Origin: Bacillota bacterium
GTDB lineage: Bacteria; Bacillota; Dethiobacteria; DTU022; UBA8154
NCBI GenBank assembly: GCA_012518675.1
Contig: JAAYRR010000094.1
Coordinates: forward strand, 1 to 53,980
Direction of reading: 5' to 3'
Length of the DNA stretch: 53,980 nt
Part shown: positions 28,287-38,906 of the stretch, in pieces
How positions within the stretch are numbered: position 1 is the first letter of the stretch
Layout of the letters: each line of letters opens with the position of its first letter
Notes under the pieces: generated by a model
Databases searched by the model: none
What the model was told of the DNA's origin: nothing
What the model saw: the letters and a program-made list of their open reading frames with translations, nothing else
Program-made: the position numbers and the translations under genes

Positions 28287-28604
28287 CTAGTAGAAAATAT
28301 GATGAAAATCTCCACCATGAAAATTTTCGACATAAAATACTGAATTTCCTTTTAAAACAGATTTAAATATTTTTCCATAAAGAGTCCCCTTATTATACGA
28401 TGGATGATTCTGGGAACACTGGGAAGGCCAAACTAAAGAATGGCAGATTTCACCCCTGAGGGATCTTAAAAGAAACAGTTCAGTAGCGTTTGTAACGCCT
28501 GCTGGTTCAGGGATGCAGATTTCATTTTCACTTTCTTTTACCGGACAGCTTTCCTTTTTCATAACGGCCTTGATTACAGTACCTTTGACGCAAGGCAGAA
28601 ACAC
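28287..28604 (-). CDS. short ORF, possibly a decayed MOSC-like domain
   Basis: GTVIKAVMKKESCPVKESENE and GEICHS...GKIFKSVLKGNSV loosely resemble the two ends of small clostridial MOSC proteins, with the middle missing. Weak. Confidence 0.25.
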   Translation of the reverse strand: MFLPCVKGTVIKAVMKKESCPVKESENEICIPEPAGVTNATELFLLRSLRGEICHSLVWPSQCSQNHPSYNKGTLYGKIFKSVLKGNSVFYVENFHGGDFHHIFY

Positions 28605-28772
28605 CGCTACTGCCTCCCTTGTTTTTTAACAAACCCTGTGCTAAAATGCTTAAACTGGAACCACAGCGTTAAAATACAAATTGATTTATTATTGCTTTCA
28701 TCAAATGTTTACATGTCCCCTGCACCTGCTACAAAGACATGCTGTGCCCATCAAACACCACAGGAGGCTATC

Positions 28773-29396
28773 TTGGTAAAAAAACATTTATTTTTACAAG
28801 GTAACATTACCATCGGCAAATCAACATTACTGCGGGAAGCCCTGTTACCATATTTGGATCAGGTTGGGGGTTTCTATGTGCAAAGAATCTACAAAAATAA
28901 TGAACATATTGGTTTTCAATTAAAGCCCCTTCACAAGGCCGAGGGTTATCAATTAAACAAACAGGTTGCCGACCTGCAAAAAAATAATTATTTTATTTAC
29001 CGTGATGAAAAAAGGAAAATGCAAGTCCAGCTGTCCATCTTTGAAAACGATGGAGTACATTTTCTGGAAAAAGCGCAAGAAAACAAGAAAAAAATTATCC
29101 TGATGGATGAAATAGGCGGGATCGACCTTTATTGCCCTGCCTTTGTACAGTCTATATTGCAAATCCTTGGCGGTCCCTGGTCTGCGGTCGGCGTGTTAAA
29201 ATTGGCGCGCAACAGAAAAAGGCTGAGCAGCAACTTTGTAAATCCTGAGGAAAAGGAAAAAGAGGTCATGGGTAAATATTCCCGTATTAAAGAGCACCCT
29301 TTGGTCAAAATATTGAAACTAAGGCTTGATAACTACCAGGAGGTGCGCACTGAAGTACAGGCCTTTATAAAAAACGTTTTGCGGGTTCACAGGTAG
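28773..29396 (+). CDS. P-loop NTPase (THEP1/NTPase-like)
   Basis: I prefer the TTG start at 28773 because AGGAGG lies 5 nt upstream. Walker A-like GNITIGKST and Walker B IILMDEIG. Confidence 0.65.
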   Translation: MVKKHLFLQGNITIGKSTLLREALLPYLDQVGGFYVQRIYKNNEHIGFQLKPLHKAEGYQLNKQVADLQKNNYFIYRDEKRKMQVQLSIFENDGVHFLEKAQENKKKIILMDEIGGIDLYCPAFVQSILQILGGPWSAVGVLKLARNRKRLSSNFVNPEEKEKEVMGKYSRIKEHPLVKILKLRLDNYQEVRTEVQAFIKNVLRVHR

Positions 29397-29398
29397 CC

Positions 29399-29425
29399 GC
29401 TGTTTTTTCCAAACAGCAATTTTTA
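29399..29425 (+). terminator. terminator after the NTPase gene
   Basis: GCTGTTT ttt cc AAACAGC followed by AATTTTTA. Confidence 0.5.
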
Positions 29426-29507
29426 CACAGACAAACACCTATCACCCTACGCCCCATCACCCTACATGCCCCGGCCTTGTGGTAAAATGCGGCTACACAA
29501 TAAATTA

Positions 29508-30173
29508 TCAGCGGTCTGCGGCAGAGTTGTTTTCCTGTTTTTCCCCAGAAGAGTCTGCCTCATTGTAATGCAGCAGGTAGCGTTGTGCCTCTGCTGCCAG
29601 GGGGGAATCTTTTTCCACCAATTGCAGGACTTTTTCCCAGTGTTTCAGCGCCACTTCCACCTCGTCCCGGGAAGACAGAAAAACCCCGTAATAAAAATGC
29701 GCTTCCGGATTGTCCGCTTGCAGCTTAAGGGTATTTTGAAAATATTCTTCTGCAAGGCTTTCATTATTTAATATAAAAGCAGCAAGCAGTGCAATTTTTA
29801 ATGTCACTGCAGGTTCCCGGGAACCCCCTTGGCAAACCTGCAGTAAATGTTTTTTGCTTTTTAGGGCATAGTTTTCTTTATCCTGCAGACCTTGGCTCCA
29901 ATAATACATAGCCAATTCATAATAAATACCGCCAAGAACTGTTTCCTTTTCCAGATCGCCGGGGGCCTCTGCCAGGGCTTGCTCCCAAAAATCAGCCTGT
30001 TGTATAAGGCCTAAAATGTATTCATCATCGCCCGGGGAAGAAGCCATATTTCTTCCCCCCCCCCAAAAATCAAAAAACCCGACTGTCGCACTTAAAAGCA
30101 GACCGCCAACCAACAGCGAAACGACAACTATGGATAATAGCTTTCTGCGGTTGTTTTTACCCTTTTTGAACAT
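29508..30173 (-). CDS. membrane-anchored TPR-like repeat protein
   Basis: N-terminal anchor KLLSIVVVSLLVGGLLL, then helical repeats with the W/Y/A/L spacing typical of TPR. Confidence 0.65.
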   Translation of the reverse strand: MFKKGKNNRRKLLSIVVVSLLVGGLLLSATVGFFDFWGGGRNMASSPGDDEYILGLIQQADFWEQALAEAPGDLEKETVLGGIYYELAMYYWSQGLQDKENYALKSKKHLLQVCQGGSREPAVTLKIALLAAFILNNESLAEEYFQNTLKLQADNPEAHFYYGVFLSSRDEVEVALKHWEKVLQLVEKDSPLAAEAQRYLLHYNEADSSGEKQENNSAADR

Positions 30174-30195
30174 GTTGCATTCACCTTTCTATGCT

Positions 30196-30927
30196 TTAAC
30201 AATCCCCGGGAACGAGCAAAGATCCGCAGTTTTCACAAAAAACATACTGCCCGGGCGTAAGCATACGCGCCCGGAAGGAAGAAGGCAATGAAACGTTGCA
30301 GATACCGCAAAGACCTTGCTGCACGCGGGAAATACAGCGCCCCCCACGGCGGGACATTTCAGTATATTTCTTTAACAGGGCCCCGTCAATTTCTTGCCTT
30401 AAAGCTGCATGTCGCCCGTTCAGATCATGCAGCTTTCCCCGGGCATTAACAGTATCCTTTTGCGCCCTTGCTTTCAAACGTTGCAGTTTTTCATACTCCT
30501 CTTTCTGAAGTTTCTGCAAAATCAGGACTGCCTGTTCCTTCCCTTCTATACTTTCCATAAGCAGGAGAATATCATCTTCCAATTTGGATTTTTCTTTCTG
30601 CTTAACCTGAACTTTTTTCTCCAAGCCCTCCAGTTCCCTGATATTTTTGATTTCACCGCTGTAAAGCTTCTGCTGCAACCTTGCCAGTAGCTCCATGGTT
30701 GTTTGCAGCTCCAGTTCCTTACGCCGTTGTCTTTTTTTTGCTGCCGCCAGTTCTTCTTCATCCTTTTTCAGATTTTCCTGGAAGGCCTGATAGTCCTGTT
30801 TTTTTTGCCGGTAATCTTTTGTGCTGGCAATATTTTGCAGCCCCTGCTCCTGCTGTAAAATCTTTTGTTCCAGTTCTTGCAGCTGCCAAAGTTTTTGCAA
30901 CTGTGCCACGTGTTGTTTCATTGTCAT
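30196..30927 (-). CDS. COG1579-type coiled-coil protein with C-terminal C4 zinc ribbon
   Basis: Long E/K/Q-rich coiled coil ending in CGICNVSLP...CENCGSLL. Conserved position downstream of nif3. Confidence 0.8.
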   Translation of the reverse strand: MTMKQHVAQLQKLWQLQELEQKILQQEQGLQNIASTKDYRQKKQDYQAFQENLKKDEEELAAAKKRQRRKELELQTTMELLARLQQKLYSGEIKNIRELEGLEKKVQVKQKEKSKLEDDILLLMESIEGKEQAVLILQKLQKEEYEKLQRLKARAQKDTVNARGKLHDLNGRHAALRQEIDGALLKKYTEMSRRGGRCISRVQQGLCGICNVSLPSSFRARMLTPGQYVFCENCGSLLVPGDC

Positions 30928-30978
30928 GAAATCTCCTTTATAATATCAATATTATATAAAAAAGGATAGGATTTTAAC

Positions 30979-32106
30979 CTATCCTTTTTTAAGAGATTGC
31001 CAGAGGTTATTTTGTTCCTGAAAAACAACTACCTTTGTTTTTAGCCCTGCCAATTTAATTTTCTCTTCTAGAAACCTGGCCAAGACCGGCAATACAGGCC
31101 TTTCGGTAGCAGCATGTCCGGCATCGATAAGCGCCAAACCGGCCCGCACAGCTTCCTGGGCGGCATGAAATTTAAGATCCCCGGTAATAAAAACCTGTGC
31201 TCCGCTTTGCAATGCAGCCGGGATATAATCTGCCCCGCTGCCGCCCAAAACCGCAATTTTTTCTACAGGCATCTTTAAATCGCCGGCAACATTGAGATAA
31301 TCGGGTTGAAGAAGCGCATCGCAACGTTGGGCCAGCTTTTCTAGCGTTGTTTTTTCTGCAAGGTAACCCGTTCTTCCCAGACCCCAGGACGTCCCCCCAG
31401 AAGCCAGGGGGTAAAGATCATAGGCTACCTCCTCATAAGGATGGGCTGCATAAAGAGCTTCTAAAACCTGCCGCCGGCAGCGGCGGTAAAGAACTGTTTC
31501 CAGGCGGTATTCCCGTACTTTTTCCAGGGTGCCGTGTGCGCCAATAAAAGGGGTAGTGCCCTTTAACGGCAAAAAGGTTCCCGTCCCTGAAAGCTGGAAG
31601 GTGCAATGGCTATAGTTTCCTATCCAACCGGCCCCAGCCGCCGCAAGTGCTTCCCGCACCTTGTTTTCATGGCCTTCAGGAACAAAGACAACCAGTTTTT
31701 CCAGTTCATCCCTGCCGGTGAGAAAAAGGGGTTGCATTTTTTTTAAACAGAGGACTTCACCAAGGGCCTGGCTAACCCCCCGAGGAGCAACATCCAAGTT
31801 GGTATGGGCGGTAAAAAGGGTAATATCGGCCTTAATAGCCCGCATAACCAAGGCTTCCCGCTTGTTTTGGCCGTCCAACTGTTGCAACGGCCGGTAAAGA
31901 AAAGGATGATGGGTAAAGATAAAAGAAATCCCCCTGGTCAAAGCCGCCGCCAGCACCTCTTCATTAAAGTCGAGCGCCAACAACATTGCCGGCTCTTCCC
32001 GGGACAGATCCCCCCATTGTAAACCGCTGGCGTCCTCTGGCAAGGTGAGGCGGGCGGGGGCAAACTCTTCTAAAATAGCAACCAAATCAGTCCCCGTGGC
32101 AAACAT
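30979..32106 (-). CDS. Nif3-like dinuclear metal centre protein (GTP cyclohydrolase 1 type 2 homolog)
   Basis: 375 aa. IFTHHPF, TAHTNLD and IDAGHAATE motifs. Confidence 0.9.
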   Translation of the reverse strand: MFATGTDLVAILEEFAPARLTLPEDASGLQWGDLSREEPAMLLALDFNEEVLAAALTRGISFIFTHHPFLYRPLQQLDGQNKREALVMRAIKADITLFTAHTNLDVAPRGVSQALGEVLCLKKMQPLFLTGRDELEKLVVFVPEGHENKVREALAAAGAGWIGNYSHCTFQLSGTGTFLPLKGTTPFIGAHGTLEKVREYRLETVLYRRCRRQVLEALYAAHPYEEVAYDLYPLASGGTSWGLGRTGYLAEKTTLEKLAQRCDALLQPDYLNVAGDLKMPVEKIAVLGGSGADYIPAALQSGAQVFITGDLKFHAAQEAVRAGLALIDAGHAATERPVLPVLARFLEEKIKLAGLKTKVVVFQEQNNLWQSLKKG

Positions 32107-32833
32107 CTCTTAAAACCCCCTTTAAGGTGGCATATTGCATATGGTAATAGCGCCAGCGGGGATCTTTTTTACCCCGTCTGGAGCGAAGCAAACCCTGCAA
32201 TATCTTTTCATAACGCTGTATTTTATATTCAAGCCAAGGAATGAACAAAGGGTCATGCCCCTTGTAGAGCGTGGGCCCCAATTCCCAAACAAAGGGTTCT
32301 TTAACGTCTAACCAGCCCTTTTCAGCGGCAATAATTTCATAAAAATATCCATTTTCCAGTGCCAACCTTTCCTGGGGAAAATAGTATCCCTGCGCTGCCA
32401 GCCAGCGTCTTACAAGGGCAGCGTCCCCCATCGGCTGTAAAACAAAACGCCTGTATTGCCCGAGTTGATGAACTGCAGCCTGGAGCAAACTGCAAATAGT
32501 CTTGCCCCCCAATCCTGCAATCACAACCACCTCTACACCGTCGTTTTTATTTAATGCCTGCAACCCATCGCCGGTGCGGACCTCCACTTTTTGTTCAAGG
32601 TTAAAAAAATGCACCGTTTCCCTGGCGGTTTTGCTGTTCAAAGATGATTTTTCTACTGCAATAACCCGGGAACAAGCCTTTTTTTTGACCAGATAAAGCG
32701 GTAAATAGGCATGATCTGTACCAATATCTGCCACCACGCTTTTAGCAGGAACCAGGGAGGCCACCCCGGCCAGACGTGGTTTTAATTTGATCGGCATACT
32801 GGAAATATCAACCCTTTTGGACCCGATTTTCAT
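32087..32833 (-). CDS. trmK: tRNA (adenine(22)-N(1))-methyltransferase
   Basis: LKPRLAGVASLV...VADIGTDHAYLPLYL is the TrmK signature. Overlaps nif3 by 20 nt, as in other Firmicutes. Confidence 0.85.
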   Translation of the reverse strand: MKIGSKRVDISSMPIKLKPRLAGVASLVPAKSVVADIGTDHAYLPLYLVKKKACSRVIAVEKSSLNSKTARETVHFFNLEQKVEVRTGDGLQALNKNDGVEVVVIAGLGGKTICSLLQAAVHQLGQYRRFVLQPMGDAALVRRWLAAQGYYFPQERLALENGYFYEIIAAEKGWLDVKEPFVWELGPTLYKGHDPLFIPWLEYKIQRYEKILQGLLRSRRGKKDPRWRYYHMQYATLKGVLRDVCHGD

Positions 32834-33449
32834 ACATAAACACAGTTATCTCAAAATAATCCGAAAACTCTTCTCTAATAATATTTACAAGTTCCATAAA
32901 AATTATGAAAACCCTTTAATTAATGTGTCCCCTGTAGTATTATTAAACGCAACCGGAATTTTGCTGTATTTTTTACGAAAAACGCCTTTTCCAATTATTC
33001 CGGCAAGAAGAAAAAAGAATATACAACATAATTTAACATTTCAATATTGCAATTATTTTAAAATAAGTTTTAAAAATGATCTATTTCCTAAACATTTTTT
33101 TAAAGCTACCCAATATTTAAAAATTTCAAAGATTACGCCCCCATCGTGCTTTGCATGCATTTTAAAATGAATTTCGTCAATTTGGCATCCATTTTGCATA
33201 ATAATGTAACACAAGAAATGGAATTTTTAACTAAGGAGGTGGTTTTCCCCCTGCACAAAGACCCGCAATTGTTCAGCTTGCATGTATTTGATGTCTTGTT
33301 TATTTGTTTCCAAGGTAAAAGTAAAGGCAAAAATGACTCAATATTCGAAAGTATTGGTATTAAAACATTTATCCTTTGATTCAGTCACGAAGATGATCAA
33401 ACCGCAAAGGTTTGGCAACAAAAAAACTTATTAAGGAGGGTTAATAAAA

Positions 33450-34721
33450 ATGACTGAACATACTGTTAAGCGAACTTTTAATTCTCAACTGGGGACCGGC
33501 ATCGCCTCTTTTGTTCTTTGTTTTATTTTAGCCTGTATCCTTTGGCCTATTTGGTCCCTGATTATGAAGTCTATTTTCAGTTCCTTGGCTGCAGCCGGTT
33601 TGGCAGCAGTTGAACCGGGAACGGCAGGTGAACTGATGGGGGTCATGGTGGAAGGCAGTTTTTTCTGGATGGTAATCAACCCTTGGATTTGGATGACCAT
33701 TATTATGGGGAACTATGGTAAAACACACTATACCACCAAACAACCGCATGCCGGGCTCTGGTATTCTGTAGTAGCCCTGATTGCGGGCCTGCTAGCTTTC
33801 TTTGTCATTATCGGGTTTATCGGCATCTGGTGGAAGCCGTTTAACCTGGCCCTGTTGTTAACACCTAAAACAGCAGCAGAGGTGGAGTTGGCCATTATGG
33901 GTTGGGGAGCCGCCAACTTTCTTGCTTTACCGGTCATCATGACCCAAATTCCTTTCGCGGCACTGTTCCATAAGTGGCCTTTTGCCGGCACATCCAAACA
34001 GCCGACCGAAGGCTGGGGTGTTTTCTTCTTCAGCACACTTGCGGTCGTTATTGTCTGGATAGCCACAGTTATACCCCACTTTATACCCTTTTCGGTTAAC
34101 GGCCAGTCTGTTGTCAACCCACCAATGGGTTCCTGGGCTACCTGGGTTGCTTTCTGTCAGGCGTTCATTTTCGTTTTCCTGATTCCCGCCGAAGGCGGGG
34201 AAGGCTATCCGATGAAGCTTTTTACCCAAAAGCAGCCCTATATGGGAATCGTTGGCTTTGTGATAGCCCTTGCTGCCGGGTTGATTGTGCCCCCCATTGT
34301 GCGGGGAATAATTGCTCCCTTGGATCTGCTGCCCGGAGCCCCGGTTGATTTGGCAGTGGCCTCCATCATTTTAACAGGGGTTATCAGCATGTTATTCTGG
34401 CACCACCTGTTTGATGACTACCCCAGTGCCCAGCTTGTGCCCAACACTGCAGCCCGCGTCTTAATCCGTTTGGCCATTTGGGTTGTCCTGGGCGCTGTGC
34501 TAGGCGTTATTTGGCTTAAGATTTTTACTATCGTGCCCTTTGGGGCCAACAACTTAGGTATGGGTTACCCCACGATGGGTGTCTTGGCCGGTCAGTTCGC
34601 CTTTTTAATGACACTGCTGTTCTATAACACCTTCTTTGATAAATGGCCCTTGGTCTATAAGGAACGGGTCAGGGTCGGTTACAAAGAAACGGTTGCCAAT
34701 TTAAAAGAAGATCTGCCGTAA
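33450..34721 (+). CDS. polytopic integral membrane protein, family not recognised
   Basis: 423 aa with about 10-12 hydrophobic segments rich in W/F/G. Strong AAGGAGGG Shine-Dalgarno and a clean terminator. Confidence 0.8.
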   Translation: MTEHTVKRTFNSQLGTGIASFVLCFILACILWPIWSLIMKSIFSSLAAAGLAAVEPGTAGELMGVMVEGSFFWMVINPWIWMTIIMGNYGKTHYTTKQPHAGLWYSVVALIAGLLAFFVIIGFIGIWWKPFNLALLLTPKTAAEVELAIMGWGAANFLALPVIMTQIPFAALFHKWPFAGTSKQPTEGWGVFFFSTLAVVIVWIATVIPHFIPFSVNGQSVVNPPMGSWATWVAFCQAFIFVFLIPAEGGEGYPMKLFTQKQPYMGIVGFVIALAAGLIVPPIVRGIIAPLDLLPGAPVDLAVASIILTGVISMLFWHHLFDDYPSAQLVPNTAARVLIRLAIWVVLGAVLGVIWLKIFTIVPFGANNLGMGYPTMGVLAGQFAFLMTLLFYNTFFDKWPLVYKERVRVGYKETVANLKEDLP

Positions 34722-34737
34722 ATCCCCTTCACTTTCC

Positions 34738-34781
34738 CCCCGGGACGGGGCAAAAACTGCCCCAGCCCGGGGTTTTTTTTT
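34738..34781 (+). terminator. rho-independent terminator of the membrane-protein gene
   Basis: CCCGGGACGGGGCA aaaac TGCCCCAGCCCGGGG followed by T9. Confidence 0.75.
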
Positions 34782-34789
34782 AAATGTAC

Positions 34790-34828
34790 ATAAAAAAAGA
34801 AGGATAAACATCCATAGATTTATCCTTC
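34790..34828 (-). terminator. rho-independent terminator of codY operon
   Basis: The minus strand reads GAAGGATAAA tctatggatg TTTATCCTTC followed by TTTTTTTTAT. Confidence 0.8.
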
Positions 34829-34923
34829 CTCTTGGTTGATATTATTTTGGTTAAGCTGCTACTTAACTTTTTTACAAAGAACCCCTGGAGGAACCTGTTT
34901 ATATAAACCTACTAACAACCTGA

Positions 34924-35766
34924 TTATTTTTGAAACGTTTTTTTCTTCCTGGACAACTGTTCCAACAGGTAGGGGTTGAGCACCTTGATATAGGTTCCCT
35001 TCATTCCCAGGGAACGTGATTCTATCACACCGGCGCTTTCAAATTTACGTAAAGCATTCACAATAACAGATCTGGTAATACCAAGCTGATCGGCTATTTT
35101 ACTGGCAACAAGCAGGCCTTCTTCACCGTCCAGTTCTTCAAAAATGTGTTCGACCGCTTCCAGTTCGGAATAGGACAGCGTGCCTACAGCCAGCTGAACA
35201 ACCGCTTTATTCCTGGCTTCCTCTTCAATCTTTTCAGCCCTGGAACGCAGGATCTCCATGCCTACAACAGTAGCCCCAATTTCAGCCAAAATTAAATCTT
35301 CCGCCTCCAGGGCTTCGGCGAAACGGGCCAGCAACAACGAACCCAGTCTTTTGCCACCGCCCATAATCGGCACTACAGTAGTCAGTTTGTTTGTAAAAAG
35401 GCAGCTTTCTTCCTGAATAAAAGCGCAAACATTCCTTTTTTGTTTTAGGTTTACCCTTGTACCGTCATCACGCAGCAGGAAACTGTTGTATCGTTCAGGA
35501 AATTCTGATGCTTTGAGGACCTGGCTGACCATAATATCGCATTCAAATTCATCAACCAGGGCATATCCCAAAATTTTGCCTTCGCGATCAGCAATATAAA
35601 CATTGGCATGAATAACATTCTTTAAAACCTCTGATACCTCCGTAAAATCGACCCTTTGCCCAGCCGTTTTTTGCAGAATTTTATTAATACGGCGGGTCTT
35701 CTCTAGTAAAGGAGAAGTAATCACACCTGGCCACCTCTTTCTCATTTTTTCATTTTTTATGATCAA
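34924..35766 (-). CDS. codY: GTP-sensing pleiotropic transcriptional repressor CodY
   Basis: [13 protein letters not shown]..., a GAF-like domain, and the C-terminal w[45 protein letters not shown]. The true start is probably the GTG at 35724, after AGAGGTGG. Confidence 0.93.
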   Translation of the reverse strand: MIIKNEKMRKRWPGVITSPLLEKTRRINKILQKTAGQRVDFTEVSEVLKNVIHANVYIADREGKILGYALVDEFECDIMVSQVLKASEFPERYNSFLLRDDGTRVNLKQKRNVCAFIQEESCLFTNKLTTVVPIMGGGKRLGSLLLARFAEALEAEDLILAEIGATVVGMEILRSRAEKIEEEARNKAVVQLAVGTLSYSELEAVEHIFEELDGEEGLLVASKIADQLGITRSVIVNALRKFESAGVIESRSLGMKGTYIKVLNPYLLEQLSRKKKTFQK

Positions 35767-35802
35767 GAACCTTAAAAAGGTTCATAAATGGTAATTCTGA
35801 AA

Positions 35803-37293
35803 TTATAAAATATATCTGCTTAAATCTTTATTTTTTACAATATTCTTTAATTTATTCTTAACATACTCCTGATTTACAACAAATTTTTGGCCCCCAAGAT
35901 CAGGAGCCTCAAAGGAAATATCTTCAAGCAGTTTTTCCATAATGGTATGCAAACGCCGGGCCCCAATGTTTTCAAGCTCACTGTTAAGGGCATAGGCCAT
36001 TTCAGCAATCTGTGCAATGCCATCTGCAGTAAATTCAAGTTCTACTTTTTCAGTACCGAGCAAAGCCGTATACTGTTTAATTAAAGCATTTTCAGGTTCG
36101 GTTAAAATCCGCTTAAAGTCCTTACTGGACAAATTTTGCAACTCGACTCTAATCGGGAACCTACCCTGTAGCTCCGGTATTAAATCAGCCGGTTTGGTAA
36201 AATGAAAGGCCCCTGCTGCAATAAAAAGCATATAATCGGTTTTTACAGGGCCATGCTTCGTAATAATGGTAGAGCCCTCTACAATCGGCAAGATATCCCT
36301 TTGAACACCCTCCCTGGAAACATCGGGCCCCCCCTGTGCAATATCCTTGCCCACTATTTTGTCTATTTCATCCAAAAAAACAATTCCTTCCTGTTCGGCC
36401 CTTTCGATGGCCTCATTGACAACCTCATCCATGTCAATCAGCCTTTCCCCTTCTTCCTGCTGCAATATTTTGCGGGCCTGCCTGAGAGGAAGTTTTTTTC
36501 TTTTCTTCCGCGCGGACAAAATATTGCCAAAAAAATCTTGAAAATTAACACCCATTTCTTCCATACCGAGCCCGGAAAACATTTCTACCATCGACGGCAA
36601 ACGATCATCCACTTCCACCTCTACAATTTCTTCCTCTAAATCACCCCTTCTTAGTTTCTGCTGCATGAACCGACGCTTCTCCTGATGTCGATCCCGTTCA
36701 TTTTTTTGATCGTCAGGAGCAAATCCGGCGTCTGTTATTTCTGTAGGAGGCTGAAATAATAAATCAAAGGGGTTACGTTTGTTAACATTTTTTATAGTGC
36801 GGGGCAGAAGCAGATCCAGCAACCGTTCTTCTGCCAATTCAACAGCCTTAGCCTCTACAATTTTCATTTTTTCCGTTTTCACAATCCTCACGGAAGTTTC
36901 CACCAGTTCCCTGACAATGGAGTCGACATCTCTGCCTACATAACCAACTTCTGTAAATTTGGTGGCTTCAACTTTAATAAAAGGAGCATTGACCAAACGG
37001 GCCAGTCTCCTTGCTATTTCTGTTTTACCTACGCCGGTAGGGCCAATCATCAGAATATTTTTGGGCATAATCTCTTCCTTGATCTTACCTTCCAATTTCC
37101 GGCGGCGGTATCTATTGCGCAGGGCAACAGCCACACATTTTTTAGCTTCTTGCTGGCCGATAATATATTTATCCAGTTTTAATACAATCTCTTTAGGCTT
37201 TAATTCATCTTTGATATCCAACATTTTTATTTTTACCGGCACCTCCCGTTCCCAAAAGGGAACCTTGGGGTAGAATTTCGAGATTGTACACAC
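35803..37293 (-). CDS. hslU: ATP-dependent protease ATPase subunit HslU
   Basis: [20 protein letters not shown], Walker [16 protein letters not shown] and FLDEIDKI. The probable start is the ATG at 37224 (MLDIKDEL). Confidence 0.95.
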   Translation of the reverse strand: MCTISKFYPKVPFWEREVPVKIKMLDIKDELKPKEIVLKLDKYIIGQQEAKKCVAVALRNRYRRRKLEGKIKEEIMPKNILMIGPTGVGKTEIARRLARLVNAPFIKVEATKFTEVGYVGRDVDSIVRELVETSVRIVKTEKMKIVEAKAVELAEERLLDLLLPRTIKNVNKRNPFDLLFQPPTEITDAGFAPDDQKNERDRHQEKRRFMQQKLRRGDLEEEIVEVEVDDRLPSMVEMFSGLGMEEMGVNFQDFFGNILSARKKRKKLPLRQARKILQQEEGERLIDMDEVVNEAIERAEQEGIVFLDEIDKIVGKDIAQGGPDVSREGVQRDILPIVEGSTIITKHGPVKTDYMLFIAAGAFHFTKPADLIPELQGRFPIRVELQNLSSKDFKRILTEPENALIKQYTALLGTEKVELEFTADGIAQIAEMAYALNSELENIGARRLHTIMEKLLEDISFEAPDLGGQKFVVNQEYVKNKLKNIVKNKDLSRYIL

Positions 37294-37332
37294 AAAAAAA
37301 TAGCAACCATGGAACTGTATTAAAAATAAATT

Positions 37333-37863
37333 TTATATTTCTTCACAGGTGACATTTTGATTGGTATAGACACAAATTTCGGCGGCAATTAACAAAGCCT
37401 GATGGGCGATTTCCTTTGCCGTTAAATCTGTATTGCCGGCCAGGGCCTTGGCAGCTGCAAGGGCAAACCCTCCCCCAGAACCGATCGCAGCTATCCCGTC
37501 ATCGGGTTCAATGACCTCACCATTACCGGAAATAAGCAGCAATGCATCTTTGGAAGCAACAAGCAACAGTGCCTCCAGCCTTCTTAAAAAACGATCTGTT
37601 CTCCATTCCTTGGCCAGTTCCACAGCAGCACGGCGCAGGTTGCCATGATAATTTTCCAATTGTTTTTCAAATTTCTCAAATAAGGTAAAGGCATCTGCCA
37701 CTGTGCCGGCAAAACCGGCGACAACCTGATCATTGTAAAGCTTTCTTACTTTCCTGGCCTTTTGTTTTATAACCATGTTTCCAGAAAAGGTAACTTGCCC
37801 GTCCCCGGCAATAGCCACCTTTTCTTCTTTTTTTACTGCAATAATTGTTGTTGCTTTAAACAT
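37333..37863 (-). CDS. hslV: ATP-dependent protease subunit HslV
   Basis: [12 protein letters not shown]...GDGQVT with the N-terminal Thr nucleophile context. Confidence 0.95.
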   Translation of the reverse strand: MFKATTIIAVKKEEKVAIAGDGQVTFSGNMVIKQKARKVRKLYNDQVVAGFAGTVADAFTLFEKFEKQLENYHGNLRRAAVELAKEWRTDRFLRRLEALLLVASKDALLLISGNGEVIEPDDGIAAIGSGGGFALAAAKALAGNTDLTAKEIAHQALLIAAEICVYTNQNVTCEEI

Positions 37864-37915
37864 TTTAGACTTCCACCTACAATTACCATAATTTATTAAT
37901 TTTTTTGATAACTTT

Positions 37916-38899
37916 TCACGCCCGGGGGTGCACCCTTAAATAAGTTCTCTTTAATTCTTCCTTGGTAATATGGGTATAAAGTTGGGTTGTTGAAACAGAA
38001 GCATGCCCCAGCAGTTCTTGAACTGCCCGTAGATCAGCCCCGGCATTTAATAGGTGACTGGCAAAAGAGTGGCGTAAAACATGCGGACTTAAACTAAAAC
38101 TTGCACCGATTTTCTGTGAATACTTCTTTAAAAGGCGTCTGATACTGCGATCGGAAAGCCTTTGACCGAACCTGTTTAAAAATAAGGCCGGGCTTTTTTT
38201 CCCTTCTTTAGCCCGTGCTGACAATAAAGATCTGCCTTTGTGGAGGTAGTTAACAATAGCCTGTAAGGCATAAGACCCTAAAGGAACTATTCTTTCTTTG
38301 GAACCTTTTCCCCAGACCTTCAAGTTTCCTTCTTCTATATCCACCGACGATGTACTCAAGACCACAAGTTCACCTACCCTGATTCCTGTTCCATAGAGAA
38401 CCTCCAGGATGGCCCTGTCCCGGCAACCAAGAATTGAATTCCGGGGTGGAGCATCCAAAAGTTCCAGCACTTCATCAACATAAAGAAACTTTGGCAATTT
38501 CTTTTCCTTTTTGGGGGTAGATACTACCTCCCATGAAACATCCTGCAATAGGTTTTCTCTCTTTAGAAAACGCAAAAATCCCCTTATCGCTGACATTTTT
38601 CGTGCAATACTGCTGCGGGCATAAGCATGTTCTTTTAGAAGGGCTAAATATTGGCGTAAGATTAAATAATTTAACTGTAATAGATCCAAGCCCTCAACAT
38701 CGAGAAAACGCAAAAATTGTCGAATATCCCTTTTATAGTTGACTAGCGTCAAATTTGCAAGATTTTTTTCAATTTCAGCAAATTGCAGGTAATTTCTTAG
38801 ATAACTGTCCACTAACACTTTTTCACTTCTTTTCAATATTAACATAACAAAATTTTTAAAGCAAGAAGTATGCAAAAATATTTTGCGAAATCTCGACAA
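37916..38899 (-). CDS. xerC: tyrosine recombinase XerC/CodV
   Basis: Core-binding domain plus catalytic residues ([17 protein letters not shown] in QLYTH). Position between topA and hslV. The start is possibly at 38845. Confidence 0.9.
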   Translation of the reverse strand: MSRFRKIFLHTSCFKNFVMLILKRSEKVLVDSYLRNYLQFAEIEKNLANLTLVNYKRDIRQFLRFLDVEGLDLLQLNYLILRQYLALLKEHAYARSSIARKMSAIRGFLRFLKRENLLQDVSWEVVSTPKKEKKLPKFLYVDEVLELLDAPPRNSILGCRDRAILEVLYGTGIRVGELVVLSTSSVDIEEGNLKVWGKGSKERIVPLGSYALQAIVNYLHKGRSLLSARAKEGKKSPALFLNRFGQRLSDRSIRRLLKKYSQKIGASFSLSPHVLRHSFASHLLNAGADLRAVQELLGHASVSTTQLYTHITKEELKRTYLRVHPRA

Positions 38900-38906
38900 G
38901 GTTCAA

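Noticed and set aside
29441-29465. Direct repeat ATCACCCTAC x2, 5 nt apart, between convergent genes.
   Set aside because: It is short, occurs only twice, and lies in a convergent terminator region with no promoter context. Most likely chance.
32787-33379. ORFs of 127 and 77 aa in the AT-rich spacer before the membrane-protein gene.
   Set aside because: They have Lys/Asn/Ile/Phe-dominated low-complexity products and no SD at their starts. The AAGGAGG at about 33233 is not followed by a start codon at a usable distance.
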